DNA of 64,000 nucleotides from Salisapilia sapeloensis CBS 127946 (Eukaryota > Protista > Oomycota): positions 1-64,000 of the forward strand of contig JAADVB010000014.1 of the NCBI GenBank assembly GCA_023334545.1. The letters are read 5' to 3'. Positions 58,932 to 64,000 of this stretch are shown here, piece after piece. The notes beneath the pieces are model-generated. The model saw only the letters and a list, made by a program, of their open reading frames with translations, searched no databases and was not told the origin of the DNA. A program made the position numbers and the translations under genes. How positions within the stretch are numbered: the stretch's first letter is position 1; each line of letters opens with the position of its first letter.

Positions 58932-61617
58932 ATGCGCTTGGCGACGCTACTTGGTGCGCTCGCGTGTGCTTCCCCAAGTCTCGTAGCTGCCGAAGGTCAG
59001 GAGGATGGAGACGATACGTTATTCCAGGCGCTCCAGGACCAGTTCCAGCGCTCGAATGAACTCTTGACGCAGTTCTTCAACGACGCTTCTTTCCCATCGT
59101 TGGATGCCTTTTGGGCGAGTGAAGACGCGGAGAACGAGTTGGCTGATGCCAAAGAGGATGTCGCTTGTCATACGGCCATCTCGGTCCTCCGGAACTCGGC
59201 CAAGTGGCAGAAAGAAGCGGAAGAACCGGGAAAAACATTGCGCGAAGGCATTCGAGTCGAGTCCTATGAGCACCCAACGTCTGTCCAGTGTGAAGAGCTG
59301 TCGTCAGATGAACTCGTTCAAAAGGTATGTTATGTTTTGTATCCGTTGAAACGTTTTTATTAATACATGGAGGGTATGTTAGTGTCGGGCGATTCTCGAG
59401 CAAAAGGACCAGTTGGGAGCGCTTCTAGCGACGCATCAAACTGAGGAAGAGATCTGTGCGCAGCTACAGGATGCTCCGGTTGTCCAAGAACCATTGATGC
59501 CGACCGCAGACGAAAATATGAGTTGTCGTCTCTGCAAGCGTTTCGTGCAAATCGTGGACGACTACGTCGAGGACGACCTCAAGCAAGTGGAGCAAGCAAG
59601 GCTGATCATCGGCGATATTTGCGACGCCCTATCTCCGGATTCCATGTGCCACGTGTTCTTACAAAAGTTTGACCTCGTCGTTGCTTGGGTCAGGCATGGC
59701 ATGGATCCGCAAGTGGTGTGCATGCAAATTGCCATGTGTGATGGTCCAAAGTTGATCGAAGACAAGCCAGGGGCTGCGATGCTCATGTTGGAAGAAACTC
59801 CGACGACGGAAGTGGAACCAGGAAATGCGCCGTGCTTCTTCTGCACGTATGTCGCCTTCATCATCCACTTCTTCGACCGCCACATGCCGAACCAGCTTCC
59901 TGCATTGGAAATGGTGCTCCAGATGAGCTGCCAAATGATGCCGCACAAGTTTTCGTGTGAAAACGTTGAAAGTCACTTTGACAAGATCGTCAAGCTGCTT
60001 CGTGAAGGAAAAGAGTACACAGACGCTTGCAGAGAGATTTCAAGCTGCCCGAAGGATGCGCTTAGTCTACCAGTGAGTGTGGACGACCCTGCCTCGTTAT
60101 CGTCTGCGATCTCGGAACTCGTGTTGGCAGTCGAGAACGAGAAAGCCGTGGCGGGAGATGCGACGGAGTGCTACTACTGTGACTTTGTCGTGACGCTGGT
60201 GGAGATCGCGATGCAAGAGAAACCAGAATATGTGCAGCAGCTCCGAGGTGTCCTCGACATGGTCTGCACAATGCTCGGCTCGGAAGACCAGTGCCACACG
60301 TACCTGAAGCAGCTCGATTCTGTCATGGATGCGCTGCAGCAGAAGCAGACGCCGCGTCAGATCTGCACCACTCAGCTCCACTACTGCAAAAGCCAGTCGT
60401 TGCAATCGCTCATGCTCGGCGAAACTCTCGGTGTAGCCATGGAAGAGCTCATGCAGACAGTGAACATTGATTCGTGCTTCCTTTGCACGCAAATGGGCAC
60501 CATCTTCAAGATCGCGTTGGCACAGGATCCGGACCAGATCGCGCAGCTTCGTCAAGTCGCGGATCTCGTGTGTGACTTTTTGCCTCCAGACAGCAAGTGT
60601 CATCCGATCGTCAAGATGTTGGACCAGGAGATTGACTCGCTGAAGAGAGGAGAAGACCCGAAAGAGATCTGTAAGGACATGAAGTTCTGCCCTGCATCGA
60701 CCATGTACGAGGACCTCATGTCGCTTCACACAGAAGGTGTGGAGGCACCTGCACCGAGTCCGACGGACCACTCCAAGTGCGCCTACTGCAGTGGTGTGCT
60801 GACGGTGTTGGAAGTGGCGCTTCACATGCGTCCAGACCAAGTGAACCAGGTGCGACAGGCTGCTGGCGTGGTCTGTGACATGCTTCCGGCGGATGACGAG
60901 TGCCACGACGACTTGAGGATGTTCGACGAGGCGGTGACGCTTCTGCAAAAGGGAGAAGGACCACACGACGTTTGCGTTAAGCTTCAGTACTGCGGTCGTA
61001 GTGAGAACGTCGGAGCCAAGGTCATGGACTTAGCGATTCTCGACGCCAAGACGAACTACAAGGACGAGTGCGCCGTGTGCAAGAGCAACTCGCTCTTGCT
61101 GGCGTCTTTGTCTGCTGGAGACGACTCAATCCGTGCGTTCAAGGATATGATGAACAACGTTTGTCGGTTGGTGCCAGACACGCCCGAGTGCACGCTTGTG
61201 CTGAACTACCACGACGATATTCTCCGCTCGATTGAGCAAGATAAGTCCGTCGAAGAGATTTGTGAGGACTTGTCGTACTGCCAAGATACGCAAGATGAAG
61301 GAGCGATGAGCTGCATGCTGTGTGAGTACACTGGCGAGATCGTCAAGCACACCAAGGACAACCAAGAAGCGCTGCGTGTGTCCAAGCAGGCGCTCGAGAC
61401 GCTGTGCACGGTGCTTCCGCCAGCAGCTCACTGCGATCTCCTCTCGGCGTCCTTTGACTCGATAGTGAATAAGGTGAAGAATGGAGAGAGTGTGGCGCAA
61501 GTGTGCGATGAAGTCAAGATGTGCGGACGTGAGCGTGGAGATATGACGATGGAGGAGGATGAGGTCAAGCAAGTGGTGGAGCAGTGGAAGCAAGTGATGG
61601 CGACAGAACGCAACTAG
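58932..61617 (+). CDS. Secreted prosaposin-like precursor with 7 complete plus 1 degenerate saposin-B domains
   Basis: Signal peptide MRLATLLGALACASPSLVAA and intron 59326-59412. Repeated CxxC..vC..lp...C..........iC....C units. Confidence 0.9.
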
Positions 61618-61702
61618 TCTCACGCCACCAACGTAAGCTTTGCTTTTAACTTTTCGAAATGAACATGACTTGAAGGTCAGAATGATACGTGGAAATTATT
61701 TT

Positions 61703-64000
61703 TTATCCAAACCATCTCTTGGGCGCCTTGGACTTGCGACGACTATACACCGCTGCGGCACGTCGACCTCGGCGAGATATCGTCAGAGAGGTAAGTGCGG
61801 CACTACTACCTGATGCGACTGTACTCGGTGGCTTCCACGATCCTGCGATGAGCGATAGCCTGCGAGAGCTGGTGCCACTCACGCCGCTCATACCGCTGTA
61901 CACAGACGTCATGTCGGAACCTCTGGTGTCATCGAACATTTGACTGCTGAAACCTGTGTCTCGACTCGTCAGGTAGCCACTCGTGGGCACACTCGAGAGA
62001 GCTCCGACGCTATCGTATCGTTCGCTACCTTCTACGCTATTGCGTCGAGGCGCAGACTTGCGCTGTTGCTCCTTTTCTTCCTTCTTATACTCCTTTGCTT
62101 TCTTCGAATGGTATTGCGTATCCATCGGTTCGAACTGAGCTCGGATAGTCGAATGCCGAAGTGACTTTGGAGGCGCGTGGACGACTGGCATGCGCACAGA
62201 TGGAGGCAGTGCCACTTCGGACTTTTCTTCCTCCTCTTCCTCGTTAATCGGAGAGCCCTCGTATCGGAAGCTCTTGGGCGGAGCAGTCACTTCCTCCACC
62301 TCTAGCTCACCGTCTTCGAACTTGATACTCTTCGGTGGAGCGCCAACCGATTCAAACACATTCACATCGTCCCGCTCGCTATCAATGTCATATTCGCTGT
62401 CATGGAGCGACATGTTCCGTTCATTGTCCACATCAAAGCTGCGTCCACTATCTCGGATGCTTGGAGGTGCATCCAGTGGGTAGTCATCTGGCGATTGCAA
62501 CGTCTCCGGTACAATGTCTTCTTCCTCGAGCTTACTTTCCTCGGTCGTGTCTTCTGCAGGAGCTTTGACTGTTTCTGCGAGTGTAAAGTTGTGCCACCTC
62601 GCACTCGCTCTGTCCATAAAGCTTCTAGCCAAGATCCCCGAGTTCTCCTTTGTCGTCGTCGTCTTCTCCGACTTGATGATACGTAGCACCCGATTAACAT
62701 TCGACCACGTCGTGTTCTCCATCTTGCCCTTATTCTCCGACATACCTTCGAGGAACTTGACCACATCCTTGTAGTACTTTACGTCCTGTAGCATATAGTC
62801 ATTCTTTTGCTTCTCTTCTTCCTTTGCAGCACTTCGTGTTTCGAGGATACGTCGTACTAGCTTTAATAACGCAGGAATGTCCGAGTGCTGCATCGTCATG
62901 CGGCAGAAGAGCAGCTCGAGACAGTCTTTCGACGTAATCTCACTAAACTGCACGAGACGTCTCGCGAGACGAAGGACACATCTGTACGGAAAGCTCGTGA
63001 CGAGCTGCTTATTGCACTGCCGTATCAGCGTCACAATCTGTGCAGGCATGCCACTGCTACCTATACTCTCTTCGATCGGCACGTCTGCACGTAGGATGTA
63101 CGTTGTTGCTGTTGTTAGCTTCTCGACTTCATCTGCTGCTTCCTTGAGATGTGGTGGCGGTTGAGTCAAGTCAAAGCCCATGAGCTCCTGCAAGCGTTCC
63201 GACCAGAGTTGGAAGAGGAGTTCCAAGTTGTAAGCTGCGTTCGTCAGTTTCTCCGGATCCGGACGAGATAAGAACCGGTCGAGGTACAGCCCGGCAACAA
63301 AGTTATCTGGGTATCGAACGTAATCCGTTTCGTCATTCAGCTCGACGCTATCACGCTTGGCACTCGATCGCTCGAGTCGATTGCGACAGATGATCTCATC
63401 CACCTTCTTCCGCACGGTCGTTCGCCAGTGGGAGTTCCAGATTAAGTCACTCTTGTCATGATTGTCGTCAAAGAACTTGGGCGCGAGCATCGGGTCCAAG
63501 TGCACTTGATACACGATCGGGTACGGTAAGAAGCGGCACAGTCCGCTGTACATTTTCTCTCGCAAGGCAAAGTCCTTGACAAGGAGAGCGTACAACACTT
63601 CAAACGCTGGTTCACGCAAAGCTTCTGCACGCAAATAGTGTTCATGCAGCACATACTGGCGGCTTTGGATGGCTGTACCGAGGATCTCTACCCATAAGCC
63701 ACTGCTCTGGACGTACTGCGCGACCACGAGACAAGTATCACAGATTTCAGCCAAGCACGCGAGCGCGTAGTATGCTTGCTCGTAGTCCAAGTGGTCCGTG
63801 ATGACCTGCAAGCTCCATGTGTATTGACAGAAGGGCGACAGCATGCGTTCGAGATTTTCTTCAAAGCCGCAGATTTTGTTCAGAATCAACAGAGCGAGTT
63901 CTTGACGACCGAGGTACTCTCGATCACCAAACGCGCGCTCCATCTCGGACGACATGCCGTCTGAATTCACTTGTTCTTGCTGGGTCTTGAACCCATACGC
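61703..64000 (-). CDS. RME-8/DNAJC13-like protein, C-terminal part (gene runs off the window end)
   Basis: Frame is open to 64000. FDDNHDKSDLIWN and FVAGLYLDRFLSRP resemble the RME-8 FD..HENPELIWN and VGGVFLR.F..QP motifs. Long acidic tail. Confidence 0.7.
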   Translation of the reverse strand, partial: AYGFKTQQEQVNSDGMSSEMERAFGDREYLGRQELALLILNKICGFEENLERMLSPFCQYTWSLQVITDHLDYEQAYYALACLAEICDTCLVVAQYVQSSGLWVEILGTAIQSRQYVLHEHYLRAEALREPAFEVLYALLVKDFALREKMYSGLCRFLPYPIVYQVHLDPMLAPKFFDDNHDKSDLIWNSHWRTTVRKKVDEIICRNRLERSSAKRDSVELNDETDYVRYPDNFVAGLYLDRFLSRPDPEKLTNAAYNLELLFQLWSERLQELMGFDLTQPPPHLKEAADEVEKLTTATTYILRADVPIEESIGSSGMPAQIVTLIRQCNKQLVTSFPYRCVLRLARRLVQFSEITSKDCLELLFCRMTMQHSDIPALLKLVRRILETRSAAKEEEKQKNDYMLQDVKYYKDVVKFLEGMSENKGKMENTTWSNVNRVLRIIKSEKTTTTKENSGILARSFMDRASARWHNFTLAETVKAPAEDTTEESKLEEEDIVPETLQSPDDYPLDAPPSIRDSGRSFDVDNERNMSLHDSEYDIDSERDDVNVFESVGAPPKSIKFEDGELEVEEVTAPPKSFRYEGSPINEEEEEEKSEVALPPSVRMPVVHAPPKSLRHSTIRAQFEPMDTQYHSKKAKEYKKEEKEQQRKSAPRRNSVEGSERYDSVGALSSVPTSGYLTSRDTGFSSQMFDDTRGSDMTSVYSGMSGVSGTSSRRLSLIAGSWKPPSTVASGSSAALTSLTISRRGRRAAAVYSRRKSKAPKRWFG

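Noticed and set aside
60097-60966. 289-aa antisense ORF
   Set aside because: It is a shadow of the saposin gene.
1-64000. CRISPR arrays, tRNA/rRNA genes, telomeric repeats, intact transposons, introner elements
   Set aside because: By eye I saw no repeat-spacer arrays, tRNA box pairs, RT/integrase/transposase motifs or mutually similar introns. A formal tRNAscan/Infernal/RepeatMasker run would be needed to exclude them.

Overview
Eukaryotic, very gene-dense genomic DNA, most likely from a flagellated oomycete-like stramenopile. This is inferred from START/FYVE proteins, WRKY19-like C3H repeats, a secreted GH17 glucanase, ciliary genes BBS1/CFAP52 and CCAAT-containing short promoters. I can support about 31 protein-coding genes plus one pseudogene, roughly one per 2 kb. 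Many are split by very short GT-AG introns (mostly 51-64 nt) that the ORF track misses, so gene models were hand-spliced and boundaries of poorly conserved exons are approximate. Recognisable genes: leucine aminopeptidase, CFAP52-like WD40, SAC3/GANP, RPL13, TAF6, GH17, BBS1, DDX46/PRP5, mS33, RPE, MRT4, eIF3h, RSM22/METTL17, IPMK, a multi-saposin precursor and a truncated RME-8-like gene. I found no rRNA, tRNA, CRISPR array or intact transposon. The most unusual items are: a START-like/FYVE protein fused to a bacterial-type FIST (NosP-like) sensory domain; a secreted precursor with 7-8 saposin domains; a small intronless gene resembling a Bacteroidetes-type membrane protein family; a GC-AG intron in METTL17; stopless in-frame introns; a decayed START-FYVE paralogue; and extremely tight head-to-head and tail-to-tail gene packing. 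All family assignments come from motif recognition and memory, not from database searches.
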